Of a DNA stretch of 64,000 nucleotides, positions 29,601 to 38,196 are shown piece after piece. The notes under the pieces are model-generated. The model worked only from the letters and a program-made list of their open reading frames with translations, was not told the origin of the DNA and did no database searches. Position 1 is the stretch's first letter, and each line of letters starts with the position of its first letter. The stretch comes from Nitrosopumilus sp. (GTDB lineage: Archaea; Thermoproteota; Nitrososphaeria; Nitrososphaerales; Nitrosopumilaceae), in the NCBI GenBank assembly GCA_965207075.1, contig CBDBLO010000002.1:896001-960000 (forward strand). Reading direction: 5' to 3'. The position numbers and the translations under genes are program-made.

Positions 29601-30439
29601 GCAAAAAGCCCGTCACGCCCACGATGGACATATACCTTGACGAGGAGAACCGCACGTCGCGTGAGGGGGCCATAGAGGTCGCAAAACACGTGCTCCAGAC
29701 AAAGGTAAGCTCCCTTGTGGAGACGCACGACACGGACTATGCGACCCAGATAAGGCTGGTACTGGGGGAGCAGAAGCTGAAGTCCCGGGGGTGCAGCATG
29801 GTCGACGTGGAGGCGGCGCTCGCATCCAACAAGAAGTTCAAGACCGAGAGCACCGGCAACATGCTGGTGCTCAACTTGGTCGAGGAGCCGGACACGGCGA
29901 CCGTAATTGCAATCCGGAACAAGGTGCTCAATACCACCGTCAAGGGCGTGCCCGACATAGAGCGCGTCTCGCTTGTCCAAAAGGACGGCGAGTGGGTGAT
30001 ACAGACCACCGGCTCCAACATTGCCAAGATACTGGAGGTCGGAGGGGTGGACAGGCGCAAGGTGCGCACGAACAACGTCTTTGAGATTGCCGGGACGCTC
30101 GGGATAGAGGCCGCCCGCAACGCCCTGATAAACGAGCTGAACAACACGCTGGAGGACCAGGGGCTGGAGGTCGACAACCGCTACATCATGCTCGTCTCCG
30201 ATCTGATGTGCTCGCGCGGATACATGCAGCAGATAGGGAGGCACGGGATCGCCGGCACAAAGGACAGCGTGCTTGCAAGGGCGGCCTTTGAGATCACCGT
30301 CCCGACCATAGCGCACGCGGCTCTCGGCGGCGAGATCGAGCAGCTGAAGGGAATCACGGAGAACGTCATAGTGGGCAGCAACATACCGATTGGAAGCGGG
30401 ACCGTCGACCTGTACATGCAGGTCAGCAAGAAGAGGTGA
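26606..30439 (+). CDS. rpoA: RNA polymerase subunit A, fused A'+A'' (Rpo1)
   Basis: NADFDGDEMN catalytic motif and SIGEPGTQMTLRTFH in a single ORF; the unsplit form is typical of Nitrososphaerota. Confidence 0.99.
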   Translation: MSVETVKTIDSIRFSVWSPTEIRKYSVAEVTAPETYDEDGIPVQGGLMDGRLGTLEPGQKCLTCGNTAARCPGHFGHIELAEPVLHIAFIDNIHKLLLSMCRSCSRLKVPQDVLDAFRAVKRKEAAYTIVSQKRIPEKIIEKARKQKDCPHCGKSQYELIFTKPTIFVEKTEAGENRLLPITIRERFSQILDDDLELLSYDPTTARPEWFVLQALPVPPVTVRPSIILETGIRSEDDLTHKMVDIIRVNQRLKESKEAGTPPLIVQDLVDLLQYHTTTYFDNEVSGIPQAHHRSGRPLKTLTQRLKGKEGRFRGSLSGKRVDFSSRTVISPDPNLDLSEVGVPESVAMKLTIPEIVTEWNIEHMRKLIINGPEKFPGVNYIVRPDGVKIRLDFVDDRSGIAESLERGYRVERHLSDGDIVMFNRQPSLHQMSIMAHYVRVLPGKTFRLHPSVCPPYNADFDGDEMNLHVPQSEEARAEAILLMRVQEQLISPRYGGPIIGALRDFVTGAYLMTKDDTLLSVSEFSNLAMLGGYDGKLPKPAASMPVEGGSRGGGSSRKGEQPAYTGKQLFSLFLPADFNYVMTSKWSKGTKGKQNDVVIKNGQLISGVIDKTSIGAEEPESVLHRIAKDYGNDVGKKFLNSILIMVKQFITHYGFSYGLGDLEVPEADRRHILDDIRGTYDQVSDLIGQHEDGTLKVTRGMRPEEALEAYIVNELGKARDRAGSAANDSMHADNAGKIMATTGARGSSLNVGQMAGALGQQSRRGNRLNDGYSDRALPHFKRHDNNPDAHGFVKSNYRDGLSALEFFFHAMGGREGLVDTAVRTQQSGYMQRRLINALEHIRLEYDGTVRDPHGHIIQFMYGEDGIDVAKSDHGEAFNARRLTESQTIVDTGAKATRAELDALVAKYTKTFNPRLASHVADALHSSGLSKAGAEAVCKKGLLLYNKAKVEPGQAVGIVTAQSIGEPGTQMTLRTFHFAGIRERNVTLGLPRLIELVDARKKPVTPTMDIYLDEENRTSREGAIEVAKHVLQTKVSSLVETHDTDYATQIRLVLGEQKLKSRGCSMVDVEAALASNKKFKTESTGNMLVLNLVEEPDTATVIAIRNKVLNTTVKGVPDIERVSLVQKDGEWVIQTTGSNIAKILEVGGVDRRKVRTNNVFEIAGTLGIEAARNALINELNNTLEDQGLEVDNRYIMLVSDLMCSRGYMQQIGRHGIAGTKDSVLARAAFEITVPTIAHAALGGEIEQLKGITENVIVGSNIPIGSGTVDLYMQVSKKR

Positions 30440-30620
30440 CCTGGCGGGTTCCGTCTGCGGTAGGATATGTGTTGGTGACTATTATTATTATTATTATGAC
30501 AATGGCGATGATGGTGATGACGACGATAATAAAATCGGCGACGGCTGTAACAGCGGCCCCAGTGACATCAATGGCCGTGCCGCGGACGAAAACCGCGGCA
30601 CTGCGGCAGCGGCGGCGGCG

Positions 30621-30875
30621 ATGATCTTGGCCGACGAGATATCCGCGTTGCTTGAGGGCAGAAAGGGAAAACCGCTGATGATAAAGCTGCGGAGCGGCAA
30701 GGTTGTAAACGGGATATTGCGCGACTTTGACATACACATGACTATGAAGCTTGACTCTATCAGCGAGGTATCTGCCGACGGCAAGGAGCGGGACGAGCTT
30801 GACACTGTACTGCTCCGGGGCGACAACATCGTGATGATCTCGATACCCGATGATGATGACGGTGCTGCGGAATAG
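30621..30875 (+). CDS. Lsm/Sm-like RNA-binding protein (SmAP)
   Basis: Sm1 GILRDFDIHM and Sm2 LLRGDNIV. Start 30621 (ATG) or 30627 (TTG); the upstream in-frame stretch is microsatellite-like. Confidence 0.88.
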   Translation: MILADEISALLEGRKGKPLMIKLRSGKVVNGILRDFDIHMTMKLDSISEVSADGKERDELDTVLLRGDNIVMISIPDDDDGAAE

Positions 30876-30939
30876 CACCGGTCCAAGACAGCGGCGATGC
30901 TGGATCCTGATCGCCTGTCACCCTGCATCGGCCGGCGCG

Positions 30940-32949
30940 TCACGCGCTGCCTGATTCTCCGTTTATCTCGTTGACTGCCCTGATTCCGTATATGTCGCGG
31001 ACTTGGGACATGTTAATGGACCCCCTTACCATGTCGGCGCCCATCATTTCATTCATGATGGAGTAGACGTCGGCAAACCTGATCTCCCACCTGTCGGCGC
31101 AGTCCAGTATCTTGCTGGCCGCCCACCTTCTCACGCCGGGCGGAAGCCCTCTGGGGCCATCGCTGTCGTCACTGCCCCCGTCGCCGCCGCCAAACACCCC
31201 GTCGATGTCCGCCGTCTTGGCCGACATCTCCCGTATCGTGTCCAGGTCCCCGTACTTTGACTCTGAGCTCATCCTCATTGCGGATTGGTACTCGGAGAGC
31301 CTCAGCAGCCTCGCCGTCTCCTCTGACGCCTCGCGGGCCGACTCGTCTGAGCTGCCCTTGATCTCCTGAATCCTGGAGTACATCTCGTCTATCTTTCCGT
31401 ATAGATCCGCCGCATTCTCCTGCTGCCTCTGCAGGATCCCCGACGCGCTGGACATCTTTTGGTCCATTATCCCTATTATCCCCGCAATGTCTGATTTTAC
31501 GGAGACGATCTCCTCCCGGACCCTGTCGAGGCTGTCCTTTGTGAGGGCCGCCTCGTCGGCGCTTTTTGCAAGGATCGCAATCTCAGAGCCTATGCTCTCA
31601 AGCCTGCCTGTAATGGATTCTGGAATCTCGATCCTAGCGGCCGACTCTGTCTTTGACGTGATGGCGTCAAGCTGACTTTTGAACCCGTCAAGCACCGCGT
31701 CCACGTCTTTGATCTTGGCCGTTTCTGCTGCGACCTGCCCCAGCGTCTCCCTGATACCTTCCTGCACCCCAGAACTGGACTTTGCAACGGTCTCCACCCT
31801 GTCGGCAAGCCTGTCGAGCTCCTGCTTTAGGTGGGTACTCGAGGCAGAGCCGGCATTGACCGCGTCTGCAATGCCTGAAATCTCGGTCCTCAGCGCGTCT
31901 ATCTCGATGCCGGTGCCCGTGGCCGAGGCTGCCCTTGCGCCCACCACCCTTATCTCGTTCCTTGTCGCATCCAATGCCCGTGACAGGCCTGCGATAGACT
32001 CGGAGTCCTCTATTATGGATCTCACGCTGTCGTTGATCTTTTCTGCGACTGCCTCCGAGTCTGCCTGGCCCTGGACCTCTGCAATTTTCTCTATCTTTTG
32101 CTGCACGTCGTGCAGGCGCGACTCCAGGCTGCCTCTCTTGGACTCTGACCTGTCGCTTATCTCCTCCAGGCCCTCAAATAGCCCCTGCGTCTCCTTCTTG
32201 AGGCTTGTTATCTGCCTTGACTGCTTTTGAATCTGCACGAGCACGGCCGCAAGCGACTCTGACATGCCGCTTATCGCCGGCATCCCGCCCTTGCTGCTGG
32301 CAACTGCCTTTGAGAGTGACTGCATCTCGTCCCGCATTCCTGCTATGGACTCGGTAATGGACCTGATCCTTGAGAGCAGCAGGGTGGAGGATGCGGGGGT
32401 TTTGGGAGCGGCGGCGTCGGTAGTGGCGGTTGTCGAAGCCGTCTTGGGCTTGGTTGCACTGGTACGGGGCTTTGCGGTGCCCTTTGCGCCCTTGGGTTTT
32501 TCCTGCTGGCGGCTTGCGGTTTTGGGCTTTGCGGGCTTTTTTGCCGCCGATGGCGGTGTCGAAGGGGAAGAGGAGGAGGAGGAGGAGGAAGCGCGCCTGC
32601 TTGCAGACGGCGTGCCCTTTGCGCCCGTCTTTTTTGCGGATCCGGCGCGCTTGGCCGCGGGCGCCTGTGCCCTTTTGGCCGCGACTCCCTTTGCGCCCTT
32701 GGGTTTTTCCTGCTGGCGTCTTGCGGTTTTGGGCTTTGCGGGCTTTTTTGCCGCCGATGGCGGTGTCGAAGAGGAGGGGGAGGCGCGCCTGCTTGCAGAC
32801 GGCGTGCCCTTTGCGCCCGTCTTTTTTGCGGATCCGGCGCGCTTGGCCGCGGGCGCCTGTGCCCTTTTGGCCCCGGCGCCTTTCCTTGCCGCGGATTTCT
32901 TCCTTGATGACGGTGACGATTTCGTCGTTTTTCTTGACGATGTTGTCAT
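30940..32949 (-). CDS. Long coiled-coil protein with Lys/Ala-rich histone-H1-like N-terminal tail and small globular C-terminal domain
   Basis: ~185-aa basic tail with an internal duplication, ~360 aa of heptad-like sequence, C-terminal RRWAASKILDCADRWEIRFADV domain. Confidence 0.75.
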   Translation of the reverse strand: MTTSSRKTTKSSPSSRKKSAARKGAGAKRAQAPAAKRAGSAKKTGAKGTPSASRRASPSSSTPPSAAKKPAKPKTARRQQEKPKGAKGVAAKRAQAPAAKRAGSAKKTGAKGTPSASRRASSSSSSSSPSTPPSAAKKPAKPKTASRQQEKPKGAKGTAKPRTSATKPKTASTTATTDAAAPKTPASSTLLLSRIRSITESIAGMRDEMQSLSKAVASSKGGMPAISGMSESLAAVLVQIQKQSRQITSLKKETQGLFEGLEEISDRSESKRGSLESRLHDVQQKIEKIAEVQGQADSEAVAEKINDSVRSIIEDSESIAGLSRALDATRNEIRVVGARAASATGTGIEIDALRTEISGIADAVNAGSASSTHLKQELDRLADRVETVAKSSSGVQEGIRETLGQVAAETAKIKDVDAVLDGFKSQLDAITSKTESAARIEIPESITGRLESIGSEIAILAKSADEAALTKDSLDRVREEIVSVKSDIAGIIGIMDQKMSSASGILQRQQENAADLYGKIDEMYSRIQEIKGSSDESAREASEETARLLRLSEYQSAMRMSSESKYGDLDTIREMSAKTADIDGVFGGGDGGSDDSDGPRGLPPGVRRWAASKILDCADRWEIRFADVYSIMNEMMGADMVRGSINMSQVRDIYGIRAVNEINGESGSA
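32481..32872 (-). repeat. Tandem ~190-200 bp near-identical duplication encoding the basic tail
   Basis: AKRAQAPAAKRAGSAKKTGAKGTPSASRRAS...EKPKGAKG occurs twice (about 32481-32680 and 32688-32872); copies differ mainly in the Ser-run length. Confidence 0.9.
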
Positions 32950-33039
32950 GACGCTGTCTCGCCAACTGCGTTAAAAAGGATAATGAAGCGCCCCGTCGCC
33001 GCAGTCAAAAAGCGTAAATTGGAACCGAGGAGCTCGGAT

Positions 33040-34095
33040 GTGTTGGAGCACGTATCTCAACTGCCCTCGGCGCTGCCGCTGCTGGCACTAGCCGCCGCCG
33101 CAGTCATATCGCCACTGGCCGCGTCTGCGACGGTGCATTTTGCAATCCCGCCGCTGATCACCTACCTGAGGCGGACCGGTAGCACGGTGGTGGACGTGTT
33201 AAAACCGGACGGTGATATGGTACCGAGGCCGGCCGGCCCCGTCCTGACCGCCGGGTTCATGGTGGCCGGGGCCGTTGCATACGCTGTGTTCCAATCCGTT
33301 GAGATACTTGCCGTGATGCTTACTGCGCTCTCCTGCTTTGTGGTGGGATACGTTGATGACAAAAAGGTGATGGGCGGGTGGTTCAAGCCCGTCGCGCTCG
33401 CCGCGGCCGCCGCTCCGATCCTGCTGCTTGGGGCATACGACTCGAACCTCTCGTTTCCGCTCTTTGGCGACACCCGCATCCCGATCCTCTACCTGGCGCT
33501 GGCGCCCCTGATGATCTGTATTACCGGCAACACTGCCAACTCCATCGACGTCATGAACGGGCTGCTGAGCGGGTTCATGGCGATCACAGGCGCCGCACTG
33601 ACCGCAGCGCTTGTCATCCTGCAGAACTATGAGATGGCCGTAATCTCTCTGTCGCTTGTCGCGGTATCTGCCGCATACTACAGGTACCACAGGATCCCGT
33701 GCCGCATATTCCCCGGGGATTCGGGGGCATTGATGCTTGGCGGCGCATACGGGGCGATTGCCATATGCGGCGGGGTGGAGATCGTGGCCGCCGTCGCCAT
33801 GCTTCCTGCAATAATCAACTCGTTTCTGTTCCTTGCAAGCGTAAAGCGAATAGTGGAGCACAGGCAGGTGGCAAAAAAGTCGACCGTACTCACCGACGAC
33901 TTTCGCATAAAGTGCTCCGGCGCCAAGGATGCGTCGATAAGCCTGGTGGGGCTGATTGCGGGTCCCGTCCCGCACACCGAGGCTCAGGTGGTCTCGGCCG
34001 TATTCAAGCTCGCCGTTATATCAAGCGGGCTTGCGGTACTGACTGCGTTGATGATGACGTGGAGCATCGGCTCGGGATGGTGGCCGCAGGCTTGA
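33040..34095 (+). CDS. Polyprenyl-phosphate N-acetylhexosamine-1-phosphate transferase (GT4/MraY-like, AglH/GPT-type)
   Basis: VGYVDD, NTANSIDVMNGL, IFPGDSG, multiple TM helices. Start uncertain. Confidence 0.88.
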   Translation: MLEHVSQLPSALPLLALAAAAVISPLAASATVHFAIPPLITYLRRTGSTVVDVLKPDGDMVPRPAGPVLTAGFMVAGAVAYAVFQSVEILAVMLTALSCFVVGYVDDKKVMGGWFKPVALAAAAAPILLLGAYDSNLSFPLFGDTRIPILYLALAPLMICITGNTANSIDVMNGLLSGFMAITGAALTAALVILQNYEMAVISLSLVAVSAAYYRYHRIPCRIFPGDSGALMLGGAYGAIAICGGVEIVAAVAMLPAIINSFLFLASVKRIVEHRQVAKKSTVLTDDFRIKCSGAKDASISLVGLIAGPVPHTEAQVVSAVFKLAVISSGLAVLTALMMTWSIGSGWWPQA

Positions 34096-34246
34096 CCGGG
34101 AACGACGCGTACGGCCGCGCCCGTTATGGCATGTGTGGCCGTGGGCGCCGCCGCGACGGCCCCTGCCGCCGCGCGTACCAGGACCGCGCCCGCGCGGACG
34201 CGTCCGTTCCTGCCTGTCACGTGACGTACGGCCGGTGTTGCTGCTG

Positions 34247-34480
34247 ATGGCCAATCTCGGGCCGCTCGTCGTGTTCATTCTGGTGATGTGGGCGCTCATG
34301 ATTGTCGGCGGCGGGATACTGGTCCTGCTGGTCGCCCCGCTCGAGCTGGACTGCTGCGGTGATCAGGGGCCGCTCGCATCCTCTGCAGCCAAGGCGGGCA
34401 TAACGCTGGGGCTCGTAGTGCTGTGGATACTGATACTGTCGTGGATGAAAAAGGCCATGCTGCACGGCATGATGCGGTGA
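34247..34480 (+). CDS. Small two-TM membrane protein
   Basis: MANLGPLVVFILVMWALMIVGGGIL...KAGITLGLVVLWILILSWMK; two hydrophobic helices. Confidence 0.65.
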   Translation: MANLGPLVVFILVMWALMIVGGGILVLLVAPLELDCCGDQGPLASSAAKAGITLGLVVLWILILSWMKKAMLHGMMR

Positions 34481-34710
34481 TGAGGCCCCCCTGCAATATC
34501 GCAACTGCGACGGCTTCTGGGAAGCTACGGCAGTCAGATACCCCAGGTCTGTCTCTACACGTACGTTCAGCCGACCTGATCATCATCCCGCTCTGTGGCC
34601 GGTGCGCCTGCCGCGCATAAAGAGCTTGGCCCCCGCGGTTAGTTCCGGGCTGAAAAAATCCCGGTTTCCGTTTGGGATCATTTTTAAGAATGCGTGGCAC
34701 GCTTCTGTAC

Positions 34711-36255
34711 ATGCTGGGCTTCCCACTCTTCAACGGCGCCGGCGAGGGTGGCGAAGACCGTGTCTCGGGCTTTCTGAGCGCCACAGTCGACCAGCTCACG
34801 CCGGACCTTACACACGTCAACTTTGTGACCGACCTTGCCATCATAATGATCATCGGCGCCGTAGTCACCCTCGCATTCTTCAAGATACGGCAGCCACTAA
34901 TCATCGGATACCTGTTCGCCGGCATGCTGATAGGGCCCCTCTCCCCGTTCTGGTCCTGGCTGCTGCCGGATCTCGCCGCCTCGGGCCAGGACGGGCACGG
35001 TGAGGGCACCATCGAGATTGTCGGACTGGTCGCAGACATTACAGCGCTGAACCTCTTTGCCGAGATTGGCGTGATTCTGCTGCTGTTTGTAATAGGCATA
35101 GAGTTTCCCTACGCAAAGATCAAGAGCATGGGGCGCTCTGCAGTCGGGATAGGCTCGCTGGGACTGCTATCCACGATGGGAGTCGTATTCTACGTGGCGA
35201 CGGCGCTCGGAATGGTATTCATGGACGCCCTCTTTCTGGCGGCCGCGCTCTCCATATCGAGCACCGCCATCATCGTCAAGATATTCGAGGAGATGGGGCG
35301 CATCAAGGAGGAGTCGTCCGTGCTGGTCCTGGGCATACTGATAGTGGAGGACGTGATTGCAGTCATTCTGATATCGTCGCTGCAGTCCGTGGCGCTCGTG
35401 GGCTCCGTATCCATCGAGTCCATCGTGGTGGTGGTGATGGTGGCCACCGGCATGATTGCCGGGACGCTGCTCATAGGGACGAGGATAATCCCGCACCTGA
35501 TCGACCGCGTTGCGGCCATGGAGCACAGGGAGATACTGCTGCTGAGCCTGCTTGGAATCTGCTTTGGTTATGCACTCTTTGCAAACCTCATGGGGCTCTC
35601 CGTCGCGATAGGGGCGTTTCTTGCCGGCGTGCTGGTGGCCGAGTCCAAGTCTGCCGAGGTTGCGCGCGTGCTGTCCAACCCCATAAAGGACATGTTTGTC
35701 GCGATATTCTTCATATCCGTCGGGGCGCTGATGGACGTGTCGCAGCTCAACGACTACATATTTCTGGCAGTGGCCCTGATACTTGCCTCGATGGGGATGA
35801 AGTTCGGGGCGAATATGGCCGGCAACATGCTGTTCCGCATGAAGCGCAAAAAGGCCCTCCGCTCCGCGTTCGTCCTTGCGTCACCGAGGGGGGAGTTTTC
35901 CATCGTTATAGTAAAGGTGGGCGTGGACATCGGGGCGGTCAGCGCGTTCGTATTTCCCCTTATCGGACTGATATCCATAATCACGTCGTTTCTGGCCCCC
36001 TTTATCGTAAAGGTGGGGGACAAGGTGATATCGATGACGGGTGGAGACGAGGACGACCGCGACCTGGACTTCGACGACGACGACGACGATGCGGAGCTTG
36101 TCGACGCCAAGTCCTCTGCCGGGGCGCCTCCGGCACTGGACAGTGAGGCCGCCGCCGACGGTGAGAAAGGTGACGACGGTAGTGGCAGTGACGGCAACCC
36201 GGATCACGGGTCTGATGAGGCCGGCGCTGCGCAGGATCCAAGGGGACGTTCTTGA
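34711..36255 (+). CDS. Cation:proton antiporter (CPA2/Kef-like)
   Basis: QPLIIGYLFAG, SISSTAII, LIVEDV, GAFLAG, RGEFS motifs; acidic disordered C-tail. Start uncertain (34690 or 34711). Confidence 0.92.
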   Translation: MLGFPLFNGAGEGGEDRVSGFLSATVDQLTPDLTHVNFVTDLAIIMIIGAVVTLAFFKIRQPLIIGYLFAGMLIGPLSPFWSWLLPDLAASGQDGHGEGTIEIVGLVADITALNLFAEIGVILLLFVIGIEFPYAKIKSMGRSAVGIGSLGLLSTMGVVFYVATALGMVFMDALFLAAALSISSTAIIVKIFEEMGRIKEESSVLVLGILIVEDVIAVILISSLQSVALVGSVSIESIVVVVMVATGMIAGTLLIGTRIIPHLIDRVAAMEHREILLLSLLGICFGYALFANLMGLSVAIGAFLAGVLVAESKSAEVARVLSNPIKDMFVAIFFISVGALMDVSQLNDYIFLAVALILASMGMKFGANMAGNMLFRMKRKKALRSAFVLASPRGEFSIVIVKVGVDIGAVSAFVFPLIGLISIITSFLAPFIVKVGDKVISMTGGDEDDRDLDFDDDDDDAELVDAKSSAGAPPALDSEAAADGEKGDDGSGSDGNPDHGSDEAGAAQDPRGRS

Positions 36256-36301
36256 CGAGGCCGGTGAGGACGTGTGCCGCCTTGACGCCGCAGGTGCCGC
36301 A

Positions 36302-36910
36302 ATGACCGGATCCGGACCTGGCCGCGACGTGGATGGCTGTGAGGACATACCTGAGGACATACCTGAGGACATACCTGAGGACATACCTGAGGACATACCT
36401 GACGACATGCCTGACGACATACCTGACGACATACCTGACGACATACCTGACGACTGGCTTCCATTCATGCATGACGACGGGGCCGTACTGACTGACTATG
36501 AGGGGCGTTCCGTCCCGTGCATAGCACTTGACGACTCCGGGCGGTACGGCCGAATCGCGCACGCCATCCGCGGCCGCCCGGTCTCAGTGGATGTCAACCT
36601 CAACATCTTCGATGACATGGCCGGACGCGTCTTTGTAGAGGTTATGCTGGACGTTCCCCGCGGTGCGGGAGTTGGCCGCGAGCGCTTTATCATCAACGCT
36701 CGGCGGCATATCTCGTTCTTCGAGGCGCTGGCAGAGACCTGCATGCTCGCCGTCGGCATGTCAGAGCATGCGGACGCGTCCGCCACCAACGGGACGATCG
36801 TCCTCATACAACTGCCGCGCCCTGAGAGGGCCGCGCACGCGCTGAATCTGATACGACAAGGACTTGGGAGGGGTGGAAGAGGAGGAGCAGCAACAGGGAT
36901 GCGTGAGTAG
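36302..36910 (+). CDS. Hypothetical protein with N-terminal (E/D)DIP tandem repeat
   Basis: Globular-looking C-terminal part (PVSVDVNLNI...VFVEV...FFEALAET...IQLPRPE). Start uncertain. Confidence 0.65.
   Translation: MTGSGPGRDVDGCEDIPEDIPEDIPEDIPEDIPDDMPDDIPDDIPDDIPDDWLPFMHDDGAVLTDYEGRSVPCIALDDSGRYGRIAHAIRGRPVSVDVNLNIFDDMAGRVFVEVMLDVPRGAGVGRERFIINARRHISFFEALAETCMLAVGMSEHADASATNGTIVLIQLPRPERAAHALNLIRQGLGRGGRGGAATGMRE
36341..36454 (+). repeat. 12-bp coding VNTR, ~9.5 copies
   Basis: GAGGACATACCT x5, GACGACATGCCT x1, GACGACATACCT x3, then GACGAC. Confidence 0.97.
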
Positions 36911-36930
36911 GCCGGGAGTGTCAGAATGAG

Positions 36931-37007
36931 TGGTGCAGTTACCGGGATTCGAACCCGGGTCGCGAACTTGGCAAGCTCGTATACTAACCAAACTATACTA
37001 CAACTGC
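36931..37007 (-). tRNA. tRNA-Gly (GCC), CCA encoded, no intron
   Basis: Reverse complement GCAGTTGTAGTATAGTTTGGTTAGTATACGAGCTTGCCAAGTTCGCGACCCGGGTTCGAATCCCGGTAACTGCACCA folds as a cloverleaf with TTCGAAT T-loop. TTTAATA box ~27 nt upstream. Confidence 0.96.
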
Positions 37008-37325
37008 AACATTTGGAACCTGACTCAGATCTCTATTAAATTCTTTCAAGATGATGTGGGCACAGCACGCCTGCCAGTCTCCATACGGGCACGATCTGGA
37101 TCGGACGTGCCGTGCAGGTCGTCCGTTTTTGCAATGACGCCCCGAGATGGCTGCGGAAGGGGTGTGGGGGGGGGGGAAGGAGGAGGAAGCTCCGGACGCA
37201 GAAGAGTCCGGTGACCGGCGCGTCGGCGTGTGGTGGATGGGACGTATTATGCCTAGAATGCCGCCGCCCCTTCCAAATACTTATCAATAACCATATAGCC
37301 ATATACGTCTGTGAAGGGGTCCGGT

Positions 37326-38132
37326 ATGTCCACGAATGCGGCCAACTATGTGCTCAAAACCGTCCCCATTGACTCGATTGCGATATGGTCCGACGCCCAG
37401 GCTAGGGATCTTGATACGGACGAGATCGATTCGCTGGCCAAATCCATAAAGTCGGAGGGACTGCAGCACCCGCTTACGGTCATGCGCGAGGGCCGCACGT
37501 ACAAGCTGCTGGCCGGACAGCGCCGACTCGAGGCGCTCAGGCGGCTTGGGCATGATACTGTGCCCGTGCTGCTGCTTGATCCTGATCGGTTCTCTGACGT
37601 CTCTGACGCAAAGGCCGTCTCTGTGATAGAGAACCTACACCGCAAAAACATGTCTGCAAAGGACATGGCCGCCTCCTGCAGGTTCTTGGTAAACAGCATG
37701 GGCAAGGCCAATGCGGCCAGGGCGCTTGGAATAACACGTGACACGCTGCGCGGACACCTCGGGTTCGACGGGGTGCCCGACTCTGTAAAGGCACTGGTCC
37801 CGTCGCACGTGTCCCGGCGCGATGCCGTCCGCATATGCAAGGCGGTGCCGAATCAGGAAATGGCCGTGGAGGTCGTCAAGAAGGTCTCCAAATATGACGC
37901 GGCCCGGCGGGCTCGGTATATAGAGGCTCTTGAAAAACTGGGAGGCTCCGCAGGCCCCTCAGAGGTGTCAAAACTTGCAAACTCTTTTCGCGCGAGGAGA
38001 AACCTGTCTGTCCGCGTCTCGCAGTCTCAGGCAAAGGGGCTGGCGCGGCTCTCCCGGGAGGCCGACATGGAGCCTGCCGAGCTCGCCAAGAAGATAGTGT
38101 CCGACTATCTTGCAAGGCGCGGCATACGGTGA
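37326..38132 (+). CDS. ParB/Spo0J-family protein (ParB N-domain, HTH, possible C-terminal RHH)
   Basis: LAKSIKSEGLQHPLTV, LAGQRRLEA (GxRR), IENLHRKNM, ANAARALGIT HTH. Confidence 0.88.
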   Translation: MSTNAANYVLKTVPIDSIAIWSDAQARDLDTDEIDSLAKSIKSEGLQHPLTVMREGRTYKLLAGQRRLEALRRLGHDTVPVLLLDPDRFSDVSDAKAVSVIENLHRKNMSAKDMAASCRFLVNSMGKANAARALGITRDTLRGHLGFDGVPDSVKALVPSHVSRRDAVRICKAVPNQEMAVEVVKKVSKYDAARRARYIEALEKLGGSAGPSEVSKLANSFRARRNLSVRVSQSQAKGLARLSREADMEPAELAKKIVSDYLARRGIR

Positions 38133-38196
38133 CTGCCGTCTGAACTGACACTGTATGCGCGGCCACCTGCTGGCAACTCGCGCCGACGCCCTGCCG

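Noticed and set aside
28178-30316. 712-aa antisense ORF over rpoA, plus many other long shadow ORFs (e.g. 3390..4697, 42733..43926, 47046..48272)
   Set aside because: Expected from high GC and third-position bias; no motifs, and each lies opposite a confident gene.
26606-30439. Fused rpoA'A'' as a novelty
   Set aside because: Established trait of Nitrososphaerota; useful only for taxonomy.
16294-30586. 15/16 match ATGGCCG(C/T)GCCGCGGA between the LarE insert and the Lsm upstream region, suggesting a Rickettsia-palindromic-like element
   Set aside because: The match is short and GC-rich, does not extend, and is expected by chance in 64 kb.
30390-30620. Long N-terminal extension of Lsm (YYYYYYDNGDD...)
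   Set aside because: Derived from TAT/GAT microsatellites and overlapping the rpoA end; a good start exists at 30621/30627.
36341-36454. Possible CRISPR or iteron array next to the tRNA
   Set aside because: 12-bp in-frame coding tandem repeat with no spacers.
36931-38132. Integrated element at tRNA-Gly carrying parB
   Set aside because: parB lies on the 5' side of the tRNA, there is no integrase, and no duplicated tRNA 3' end (att site) was seen.
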